This document shows, piece after piece, positions 58,001-64,000 of a stretch of 64,000 bases of DNA. The notes under the pieces are model-generated. The model worked only from the letters and a program-made list of their open reading frames with translations, was not told the origin of the DNA and searched no databases. The position numbers and the translations under genes are program-made. The number at the start of each line of letters is the position of its first letter. Position 1 is the stretch's first letter. The stretch is from an uncultured Enterobacteriaceae bacterium (GTDB lineage Bacteria; Myxococcota_A; UBA9042), in the NCBI GenBank assembly GCA_964438735.1, contig CAYTLW010000007.1, positions 8,594 to 72,593 of the forward strand. The letters are read 5' to 3'.

Positions 58001-59197
58001 ATCGGAGCAGGGTTTCGCCTCGTTGATGGGCAGGACGCCACATTTGCCGCTCTCCGGCTGGCAGGCGGTGACGTGACAGGGCCCCTCCTCGCCGGTGCAG
58101 GTGACCACCGTGGCCGGGTTGATTCGGCAGCCGGGCGTCTCGGCGGCGAGATCGCAGAAGAGCTGTCCTTCGCACTTGTTCTTGGGCTGCAATGGCGTGC
58201 AATCACTTTCGGATTTGCACGGGCAGATGTTCTTGCCGGCGGCGCATTCGCCACCCTTGCACACGTCGCTCTTCGTACAGGCGTCGCCGTCGGTGCACGT
58301 GGCGCTCTGGGGAAGATCGGTGAGCGCGCACTCGCCGGATTTGGGGTCGCAGAGGTTCTTTCGACACGGGCTGTCCAGGGCGCCGCTGCAGGTGATCAGG
58401 GTCGCTGGATTGACTTTGCAGGTGAATGGGAAGCCTGAGGTGTCGCAATACAGGCTGCCATTGCAGAGGTTGCCGTCATCTTGGCCTGTGCAGTCGGCGT
58501 GACTGAGACACTCGCAAAGCTCGGTGCCCGCGGTACAGACGCCCGACTTGCAGGTATCCCCGGCCGTGCAGGGTTTGCCATCATCGCAGTTGGCGCCATC
58601 CGGTTCGGGCTTCGCGGTGCAGGTGCCCGTCTTGGCGTCGCAGACCTGCGACGAACAGGCTGCCTCCCCCTTGGCACATTGTACGACGCTGGCCGGGTTC
58701 ACCTTGCACACCGGCGGGTCGACGTCGTGGTCGCAGTAGAGCGTGCCGTTGCACAGGTCGCCATCCTCCTGGGACGCGCAATCCGAACTCAACTGGCAGC
58801 CGCAAGTGTTGGGCCCGGGAACGCAGGCGCCGCTGTCGCAGGTGTCGTCTTTGGTGCAGGAGTGGCCGTCGTCGCAAGACGTGCCTGCGGCCGATGGGAC
58901 GAAGGCGCAGGCGCCGGACAGGCAGGCAGAGGTCAAACAGGGAGAAGTGGCGTCGGGGCAGTCATCTCTTGTGCCACATTGCGCTGCGGCATCGCTCGGG
59001 GCAGGTCCCACTTCGGCCAGCCCGCCATCGACGTGCACGTCGGACGTTCCAGCCAGGCTGTCGCCAATGCCGGCGCCCGTGGGTTCGTCGCAAGACGCCA
59101 TCGCGAGCAGGCAGATTGTGGCAAGAAAGACTACATTGGCTCGCGCGCAGCGTGCGCCAGCGGAGAACGGGCTTCGAGTCATTTCGCGTAGTCGCAT
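52004..59197 (-). CDS. Giant (~2397 aa) Cys-rich repeat lipoprotein: same two module types (~60 repeats) plus C-terminal beta-propeller and Cys cap
   Basis: Lipoprotein signal peptide (MRLREMTRSPFSAGARCARANVVFLATICLLAMASC). Alternative ATG at 59182. Continuous 7.2-kb ORF, first gene of the minus-strand operon. Confidence 0.85.
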   Translation of the reverse strand: MRLREMTRSPFSAGARCARANVVFLATICLLAMASCDEPTGAGIGDSLAGTSDVHVDGGLAEVGPAPSDAAAQCGTRDDCPDATSPCLTSACLSGACAFVPSAAGTSCDDGHSCTKDDTCDSGACVPGPNTCGCQLSSDCASQEDGDLCNGTLYCDHDVDPPVCKVNPASVVQCAKGEAACSSQVCDAKTGTCTAKPEPDGANCDDGKPCTAGDTCKSGVCTAGTELCECLSHADCTGQDDGNLCNGSLYCDTSGFPFTCKVNPATLITCSGALDSPCRKNLCDPKSGECALTDLPQSATCTDGDACTKSDVCKGGECAAGKNICPCKSESDCTPLQPKNKCEGQLFCDLAAETPGCRINPATVVTCTGEEGPCHVTACQPESGKCGVLPINEAKPCSDGNGCTVGDACAAGSCKSGKFSCTCTSNADCGAFEDGDLCNGTLFCDKSQAPFRCKVNAKTLVVCKPPLDGQCAAAACAPKTGTCSFVGINEGKPCDADGNACTANDHCIEGTCAAGANDCACQADKDCAAHEDGDACNGSLFCSKATLPFKCEVDPNSVINCPGGDTACATNQCQPATGNCKVVAKAQGHACNADNNACTPDDACDLGSCVAGPNACACTSDGDCAVKDDGNLCNGTLYCNKSKLPFQCALNPATVVTCDKPGDPGCAAGGCVPATGKCAASLEKDGTGCEDGLLCTKGDACLDGQCVSGPSVCGCASDADCAKLDDDNLCTAALVCDTSGPKSVCVKDPAGDVACPAKPLPCAVYGCNTKSGKCDGLPAPAKFGQPCNDGSACTKGDVCDGLTCKPGAALACDDGNGCTSDGCDALKGCVHQATQAPCSDDDPCTLGDVCAKGACKPGATKNCDDGNPCTTDGCVAATGACKSTFAGDKCDDGNLCTVNDACTAGGCTGKAKACDDGNACTADFCKPGSGCAHPAIGGACDDGNACTKSDLCAAGSCKPGPKVDCNDNNECTIDVCDKAKGCVTVNPLKPCDDGNPCTEKDLCGAGKCLPGKDICGCKTNIECTAKDDANVCNGKLYCDTSKPPFSCKIIPSSIVNCGTSSDPCRAISCDKTSGKCQSLPANQGQPCDADGSVCTSGDACNSGKCLAGPKLACNDTNPCTFDKCDAGKGCTHTPNSSPCSDGDVCTVGDTCKQGACKPGAPKPCDDGNPCTADACVKSSGCAHVPNNKACNDGDACTGGDACKGGKCVGGAAPSCGDGNPCTNDGCDKAKGCVNTANNASCEDGNLCTKNDVCKAGLCTSGAATVCDDGKTCTNDICESKSGACKAIAITGTCSDGNACTKADACVAGECKGKNIDCDDGNDCTHDSCNASTGCVHKPAAGACDDKNPCTVGEACNKGSCSGGVAKKCDDKNPCTADSCSPVVSGGCQHQPAKAPCSDGDPCTTPDACVNGVCKPGTNTCACIKNADCAASEDGNVCNGTLYCDTSKPPYACKVDPKTVITCSSSGDTACKHNVCATKTGKCALTPRNEGGPCDADGSVCTVKDACASGACIKGSALSCDDGNPCTNDGCNKLSGCTHVANTSPCDDGSKCTANDKCASKSCQPGAKVDCNDAKPCTDDSCSPATGCKHVANSAGCDDGDKCTTVDTCKGGACKGSTPPDCNDGNPCTSDACAKVSGCTHANNSASCDDGSKCTTVDACKGGSCSGSKPPNCDDGNPCTTDGCNVSTGCTHPANSLGCDDGSKCTTVDKCAAGKCVGASAPNCDDGDACTSDSCDKLKGCQQVHNTANCDDGDKCTTVDKCAAGACVGSKPPNCDDGNPCTTDGCDGATGCKPVNNSDACDDGSVCTTKDVCSKGKCAGGPAKNCDDGNPCTTDSCQSDSGCKNVNNTSNCDDGDKCTTADYCNAGSCVGSKPPNCDDGNSCTDDSCDKAVGCQNVNNNTSCSDGDSCTKGDSCGGGSCSPGAPVSCDDGNACTDDKCDNAKGCVVVNQLGTPCQPNVSSCNIGRCKAGACYDSGVGRLFSVAHGGKGLDEAGGVVALADGTFALAGTSRSTAGGDADGYLVVATATGTAKVSKFFGTAAGKDGFNDLAATSDGALVMVGQSDTKIGKNKEDMWLYKAKTDGSKVWQTYRGGSGKDGLQAVHAAANGDLLVAGHTAVSKKEKADVLRFSKAGAFMWSLQYGGAAKDEAHDVVETSQGDVVAVGWTQSFTIGRQAFVIRSSSAGKLAWAQRFGAGKLDDRAHAVAAVKGAVVVAGSRDVVFGNRKAWLASVNDSGKLLWEKTYGTGGSYQTTAWGLTAMPGGWVMVGERRYSSASTTSALWWYRVGSDGTARWSAWIGGKGRDWGKAAVTLGEDTLAAGLTNTFGAGGGDAWLLRINSWGHTDCKTAGKCGAVKATACEDNNPCTKSGCTPSTGCVKKTYADGSDCGDGKKCSAGVCK

Positions 59198-59331
59198 CAG
59201 CCCATAGCCCCAACACGCCAGAGTCGGTCCGATCAACCTACTCTCCGCCCGAACCGGCAGCAATTTTTCGCGCGCGAGCGCTCGACCGCTGTTCACTGGA
59301 CCAGGGGCGCACCCTGAGCGATTCTCCCGGC

Positions 59332-61194
59332 GTGAGTCAGGACTCCCCAGTGCCGGGATCGGTCGGCAACGATCCCTTCATCGATCGCGTCTTCGGCGGC
59401 CGCTATCGAGTGGTCCGTCGCCTGGCCCATGGCGGCTTCGGCGCCGTCTACCAGGCGGTGCACGAGGGCACCGAACAGGAGGTCGCGCTCAAGATCCTGC
59501 CGCTGAGCGGACAGGGCCGCTACGACGGCTCTCTGGATCGATTCATGCGCGAGGCGAGGGTCACCGCGAGCCTGAGCCACCCCAACACCATTCGAGTCTT
59601 CGATGTGGGTGGCGGTGCGGAGGGTGAAGAGCCGCCCTGGCTGGCCATGGAGCTGATCCGGGGCCCCACCCTGGAGGAAGTGCTGGTCTCTTTGGCCCGA
59701 CGTGGCCGCACCATGAGCGAGCAGCAGGCCATCGACCTGACCCTGCCGGTGACCGGCAGCCTCGCCGAAGCGCACGCCGTGGACCTGGTGCACCGAGACA
59801 TGAAGCCATCGAACATCATGCTCTCGCCGGTACCTGGCAATCCGCCGGTGATCAAGCTGCTGGACTTCGGCTGCACCCACGTCCGGGGTTCGGATATGAC
59901 CGCGGCGGGCGCCGTATTCGGCACACCCGGCTACATGAGTCCGGAACAGATCGAAGGCACGGAGCTGGACGGACGTTCAGACCTCTTCGCGCTCGGCATC
60001 GTCTTGCACCGTTGCGTGACCGGTCGGACGCCGTTCGAAGACATACAGCCCATGCCCTTGATGTATCGCTATGCCCACGTGGACGTGCCCGACCCGCGGC
60101 GCGTATTTCCGGCCATGAGCGATCCCTTCGCCGATCTCCTGCTGGCGCTCCTGGCCCGCGGCTGTGCAGGCCGGCCTGCTGGGGCCGCAGTGCTGCGCGA
60201 CCGGCTGCTGGCGATCCGCCCCCACTGCAACGTGCTCGCCTTCAGCGATCGGCCCGAGCGCCTGGCCGGGGACATGGCCACCAGCCTGCACAGCTCGCGC
60301 ATGAGCCCGGTGGGGCTGGCAGCACTGGTCGACCTGGTCGAAGACGAAGGCGGACATCGCATCGCCGCCCTGCCCACCATCAGTCAGGAAGCGCAGGCGG
60401 CGGATGACCTGGGCACCATGGCCTATCACAACCCCAACGCCGGCCAGCTCACCGAAGACTACGACGCGCCGCCCGTGCACGAGGCCTCAACGCCGGCCCC
60501 CGACCAAGCGGTCGGCCGCCGACCCACGAAGCTGAGCCACTCGTCGCCATTGCCGCCGCCAGCCGGCGGTCGCGACCCCATGAACGAGCTTCCCGATCCG
60601 CGTTTCGCCGTGGATCAACCGCCCGTCGAGGCCCAGCCTGACCCGCGACCGGATCCGACAAGGGTCAAGCAGGCCCTCACTGCTGGCCAGGAATCCAGGC
60701 CAGAGCCAGCCACCAAGCAGACGTCGTTCACGCCCCGTTGGCCCCTGTGGCTGGCCATCGTCGCCGTCGTCGCCTTGCTGGTCTGGTGGCAGCGCGGCCA
60801 GGGTCATGCCCCCTCCCCGCCCGCCGACCCGGCCACAGTGACGCATCCCGCGGCTACGCCCGCTCCCACAACTGCGCCGAACACGCCGGGCGCGGCGGAC
60901 GCCAAGAGCGCGGCTGCTCCCGTCGTAGCCGATGGTGGCAGCGCTAAGGCCGACGGCGGCGCCGGGGCCGACGCTGGCGCAACCCCAGGTGCCGACAGCG
61001 GTTCCTCGCCAACAGCCGCCGCCGCGGACGCGACTGGCAAGTCAGCCAGGCGCTCCCCCAAGCCCCGGCCCAAGCCGGTCATCAAGAAGGGCCCCACCGG
61101 GAAGCCGCGCCCCAAACCGAAGACCGGCAAGGCCGATGCTGGCAGCGAGCCCGCCAAACCCCCGCGGCTCAAGCCCATGGTCTTCGACGAGTAA
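59332..61194 (+). CDS. Membrane-anchored Hanks-type Ser/Thr protein kinase with extracytoplasmic Pro/Ala/Lys-rich tail
   Basis: Kinase subdomains (GGFGAVYQA, ALKIL, HRDMKPSNIM, DFG, GTPGYMSPE). TM helix WPLWLAIVAVVALLVWW. C-terminal low-complexity tail ending KPRPKPVIKKGPTGKPRPKPKTGK. Start assigned to GTG 59332, ~25 aa before the Gly-loop. This start is approximate, and no ATG exists upstream of the kinase domain. Confidence 0.75.
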   Translation: MSQDSPVPGSVGNDPFIDRVFGGRYRVVRRLAHGGFGAVYQAVHEGTEQEVALKILPLSGQGRYDGSLDRFMREARVTASLSHPNTIRVFDVGGGAEGEEPPWLAMELIRGPTLEEVLVSLARRGRTMSEQQAIDLTLPVTGSLAEAHAVDLVHRDMKPSNIMLSPVPGNPPVIKLLDFGCTHVRGSDMTAAGAVFGTPGYMSPEQIEGTELDGRSDLFALGIVLHRCVTGRTPFEDIQPMPLMYRYAHVDVPDPRRVFPAMSDPFADLLLALLARGCAGRPAGAAVLRDRLLAIRPHCNVLAFSDRPERLAGDMATSLHSSRMSPVGLAALVDLVEDEGGHRIAALPTISQEAQAADDLGTMAYHNPNAGQLTEDYDAPPVHEASTPAPDQAVGRRPTKLSHSSPLPPPAGGRDPMNELPDPRFAVDQPPVEAQPDPRPDPTRVKQALTAGQESRPEPATKQTSFTPRWPLWLAIVAVVALLVWWQRGQGHAPSPPADPATVTHPAATPAPTTAPNTPGAADAKSAAAPVVADGGSAKADGGAGADAGATPGADSGSSPTAAAADATGKSARRSPKPRPKPVIKKGPTGKPRPKPKTGKADAGSEPAKPPRLKPMVFDE

Positions 61195-61208
61195 TCACCC
61201 TGGACAGG

Positions 61209-62114
61209 ATGCGGCGCGGCGCGGCAGCATCGCCGCCCATGGCCAGCGACTCACCAGCCCGTCAGAAGGTCCCCGCCAGCCAGGTTCAGCGCGAGCTGCT
61301 GCCCGGCCAGTCCACGGCGTTGTTGCAGGAGTTGCACCTGCTGACCCGGGGCGGCGATCTGAACGCAGATGCACGCCGCAAGCTCAAGCAGATCAACCAT
61401 TTCTGCTCCCTGCTGCGGCCTCCATTGGCGGCGCTCTTCGGGCGTCGCGAGGCGCCGGTTCTGGTCGACGCTGGCGCCGGCAATGCCTATCTGGGGTTCG
61501 TGCTCTACGAGGTCTTCCTGGCTCACCTGGGGCGCGGCAGCCTGGTCAACATCGATCGTCGCACCGATGTCATCGAACGCGGCAGGCAGCGCGCCGAGCG
61601 GCTGGGATATAGCAGGATGAGTTTTGAGCAGAGCGCCCTGGACGCCTCGGAGGAGGTCGATGGCGGGCGCCCGATCGACGCCATCCTGTCCCTGCACGCT
61701 TGCGACACGGCCACCGACGACGCCATCCATATGGGCCTGGCCGCCGGCGCCTCTGTCATCGCCGTGGTGCCCTGCTGCCAGACCGAGGTGCATGGGTTGC
61801 TCAAGGGCCACGCCACGCGCGGCGCGCTGGCTCCGCTCTGGCGCCACAACTGGCATCGCCGCGAGTTCGCCGCCCACCTGACCAACGTGATCCGTACCCT
61901 GGTCCTGGAATCCCACGGCTACAAGGTGCGGGTGACCGAACTCGCCGGCTGGGAACATTCGCTCAAGAACGAGCTGATCCTGGCCACCCGCCACCAGCGC
62001 AGCAACGCCCTGGCCCGCCGGCAGCTGGCCGATCTGCTGCACAACCTGCCGCCGTTGCCGATGAAATTGCTGCAACGCCAGCCAGCGGACGGTGCATCGA
62101 CATCGACGATGTGA
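61209..62114 (+). CDS. Class I SAM-dependent methyltransferase (Methyltransf_32-like)
   Basis: Motif I VLVDAGAGNAYLGFVL. Post-I acidic residue and motif II region (ILSLHACDTATDDAI). Confidence 0.6.
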   Translation: MRRGAAASPPMASDSPARQKVPASQVQRELLPGQSTALLQELHLLTRGGDLNADARRKLKQINHFCSLLRPPLAALFGRREAPVLVDAGAGNAYLGFVLYEVFLAHLGRGSLVNIDRRTDVIERGRQRAERLGYSRMSFEQSALDASEEVDGGRPIDAILSLHACDTATDDAIHMGLAAGASVIAVVPCCQTEVHGLLKGHATRGALAPLWRHNWHRREFAAHLTNVIRTLVLESHGYKVRVTELAGWEHSLKNELILATRHQRSNALARRQLADLLHNLPPLPMKLLQRQPADGASTSTM

Positions 62115-62158
62115 TACCCCGTCGGCGCCCGGATATCAGCGCCGGCTGTGGAGGCCCC

Positions 62159-63148
62159 ATGTCCCTGCTCGACACCCCATTGACCCGCACCCTGGGCATC
62201 GAGACGCCGGTGATCTGCGGGCCCATGTATCCCTGCTCGAACCACGAGCTCGTCGCCGCCGTGTCGGAAGCCGGTGGCATCGGCGTGGTTCAGCCCATGG
62301 CCCTGTCCTTCGTGCACGGCAAGGACTATCGCGAGGGCCTGCGTCGCATCCGCTCGATGACCGACAAGCCCATCGGGGTCAACCTGATCCTGGAGACCTC
62401 GGCCAAGATCTATCGCGAGCGGGTCCGGCAGTGGCTGGACATCTCGTTGGAGGAGGGCGTGCGCTTCTTCATCACGTCTCTGGGCAGGCCCGACGAGGTG
62501 GTGCAGAAGGTGCACGCAGCCGGCGGCATCGTCTACCACGACGTGGTCAACCGGCGATGGGCCGAGCGCGCGATGCAGGGCGGCGTCGACGGCATCATCT
62601 GCGTCAACGAGCGCGCTGGCGGTCACGCGGGTGGTGAATCCGCACGCCAGCTCTTTGACGACCTGAAGGACCTGGGCGTGCCGCTGATCAGCGCCGGCGG
62701 CGTGGCGACCCCCGCGGGCTTCGTCGAGCAGCTCGAGATCGGCTACGCCGGCGTACAGATGGGCACCCGCTTCATCGCCACCGAGGAATGCAAGGTGCAC
62801 GCCGATTACAAGGCGGCGATCCTGCGCGCCACCGAAGAGGACATCGTGCTGACCGACAAGCTCAGCGGGGTGCCCGTGGCCGTCATCCGCACGCCCTACA
62901 TCGACCGCATCGGCACCAAGGCCGGTCCCTTCGCCCGCTGGATGCTGCGCGGTCGCCGGACCAAGCACTGGATGCGTGGCTACTACGCCCTCACCTCCGT
63001 CTGGCAGCTCAAGCAGGCGATCCACAAGGGCAACGCCTACAAGGACTACTGGCAGGCTGGCAAGAGCGCCGGCGGCATCGACCGCGTGTTGCCGGCCGCA
63101 GAGGTGGTCAACAGCTTCGCCGCGGCCGCCCGCGAAGCCGCCGCCTGA
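62159..63148 (+). CDS. Nitronate monooxygenase / 2-nitropropane dioxygenase family (FMN-dependent, FabK-like)
   Basis: NMO motifs (GIETPVICGPMYPCSNHELVAAVSEAGGIGVV ... VQMGTRFIATEE). ATG 62159 lies inside a longer artefactual ORF. Confidence 0.8.
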   Translation: MSLLDTPLTRTLGIETPVICGPMYPCSNHELVAAVSEAGGIGVVQPMALSFVHGKDYREGLRRIRSMTDKPIGVNLILETSAKIYRERVRQWLDISLEEGVRFFITSLGRPDEVVQKVHAAGGIVYHDVVNRRWAERAMQGGVDGIICVNERAGGHAGGESARQLFDDLKDLGVPLISAGGVATPAGFVEQLEIGYAGVQMGTRFIATEECKVHADYKAAILRATEEDIVLTDKLSGVPVAVIRTPYIDRIGTKAGPFARWMLRGRRTKHWMRGYYALTSVWQLKQAIHKGNAYKDYWQAGKSAGGIDRVLPAAEVVNSFAAAAREAAA

Positions 63149-63198
63149 AGCGCTCTTCATCAGATCTGCACGGCACCCGTATTCTGCACGGCACCCGC

Positions 63199-63831
63199 AT
63201 GAAGCAGCCGCCCGCCTGCCTGCCGCCCGCCTTCTTTCGGCGCGACGTGCTCGACGTGGCGCGGGACCTGCTGGGCGCCACCCTGCTCAGCCGGGCTGGT
63301 GGCGCCCTGGTGCGCATGCGGGTGATGGAGACCGAGGCCTACCACGAGCGCGAACGAGGCGCCCATTGCCACGGCGGCAAGCGCACGCCGCGGACCGAGG
63401 TGATGTTCCGGGCCGGCGGGGTGTCCTACATCTACTTCCTGTACGGCATGCACTGGAACTTCAACGTCGTCACCGGGCCGGCGGACGTCGGCCAGGCGGT
63501 GCTGATCCGCGGCGCCGTGCCCTTGGGCGACGAGGCCGACCTGGCGCTCGTTCGCCAGCGCCGGGGCTGGGGTCCAGGCGGGAGGCAGCCGAGTCGGCGC
63601 GTGCTGGGCGACCCACGGCGCTGGTGCGACGGGCCGGCCAAGCTCTGCCAGGCCCTGGCTTTGACCGGCGAGCACAACCGGCGACCGCTGACGCCGGACG
63701 AGGCGGTCTGGTTCGAGCCCGGCGCCGCGGTGGCCGAAGCAGATGTGGTTCGCGGACCGAGGGTCGGCATCGACTACGCCGGCGACGACGCGTTGTTGCC
63801 CTGGCGATTCCGCTGGATGGACCCCCGCTGA
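63199..63831 (+). CDS. mpg: DNA-3-methyladenine glycosylase (MPG/AAG family)
   Basis: Collinear with the Mpg family (VMETEAYHERERGAHCHGGKRTPRTEVMFRAGGVSYIYFLYGMHWNFNVVTG). Confidence 0.8.
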   Translation: MKQPPACLPPAFFRRDVLDVARDLLGATLLSRAGGALVRMRVMETEAYHERERGAHCHGGKRTPRTEVMFRAGGVSYIYFLYGMHWNFNVVTGPADVGQAVLIRGAVPLGDEADLALVRQRRGWGPGGRQPSRRVLGDPRRWCDGPAKLCQALALTGEHNRRPLTPDEAVWFEPGAAVAEADVVRGPRVGIDYAGDDALLPWRFRWMDPR

Positions 63832-63847
63832 AAACCCGTCAGTTGAC

Positions 63848-64000
63848 TCAGTCGACTTCAGATTCGGCGTGCGGTCCCAACAATACGGGCTCCCGCACCA
63901 GCTCCACACCGCAGCGCTCCTGCACCCGCGTCCGAACCTCGGCGGCAAAGGACAACACCTGCCTTGTGGTGGCCCCGCCTCGGTTGACGATGGCCAGCGT
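63848..64000 (-). CDS. murB: UDP-N-acetylenolpyruvoylglucosamine reductase, C-terminal fragment (gene continues beyond window)
   Basis: Minus-strand translation ...TLAIVNRGGATTRQVLSFAAEVRTRVQERCGVELVREPVLLGPHAESEVD* matches the MurB C-terminus (FIVNRGGATAADVLALIE.VRERV...FGVELEPEV). Confidence 0.7.
   Translation of the reverse strand, partial: TLAIVNRGGATTRQVLSFAAEVRTRVQERCGVELVREPVLLGPHAESEVD

Noticed and set aside
36358-59197. Highly periodic DNA suggestive of a CRISPR array or non-coding satellite
   Set aside because: The periodicity is imperfect and codon-phased. It lies entirely inside continuous ORFs that encode Cys-rich protein repeats. There are no direct repeats with unique spacers.
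63160-63948. 262-aa minus-strand ORF
   Set aside because: It is antisense to mpg and to the intergenic region. Only its last part coincides in frame with nothing recognisable. The genuine minus-strand gene here is the murB 3' end, starting at 63848, in a different frame.

Overview
High-GC (~70%) window with features typical of a myxobacterial (Myxococcota-like) chromosome. These include Hanks-type Ser/Thr kinases, a sigma54 enhancer-binding regulator, and giant proteins built from 'Myxococcus cysteine-rich repeats'. Gene order is as follows. (1) A small minus-strand gene (68-334) encodes a close homologue of the archaeal chromatin protein MC1, next to a 500-bp AT-rich island. (2) A housekeeping block follows: Slt-type lytic transglycosylase, secreted esterase lipoprotein, ahcY, class-I aminotransferase, rlmM-like methyltransferase, dapB. 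(3) An 11-gene complex I cluster nuoABCDHIJKLMN (9.6-20.1 kb) has no nuoEFG, shows pervasive 4-nt start/stop overlaps, and is followed 36 nt later by a B12-binding radical-SAM/TPR protein. (4) A minus-strand molybdoenzyme operon (22.4-27.6 kb) runs: lipoprotein triheme cytochrome c with a collagen-like Gly-X-Y stalk, Tat-exported Mo-bisPGD catalytic subunit, 4x[4Fe-4S] subunit, TorD-family chaperone. It is flanked by a three-component regulatory set (periplasmic binding protein, sensor kinase, sigma54 response regulator). (5) An ~29-kb locus (31.9-61.2 kb) encodes secreted or lipidated, extremely Cys-rich proteins carrying domains that are otherwise mostly eukaryotic. Its members: a protein with two somatomedin-B modules fused to a MepA-like LAS metallopeptidase, one with tandem C-type-lectin-like domains, a Cys-repeat lipoprotein ending in a fibrinogen-related domain, a Cys-repeat lipoprotein ending in an FGE-sulfatase domain, a TPR/coiled-coil membrane protein, and two translationally coupled giant lipoproteins (about 2,400 and 2,800 aa) made of dozens of Cys repeats plus beta-propellers. 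A membrane Ser/Thr kinase is transcribed divergently from this locus. (6) A SAM-methyltransferase, a nitronate monooxygenase, mpg, and the 3' end of murB close the window. Most antisense ORFs in the track are GC-bias artefacts.
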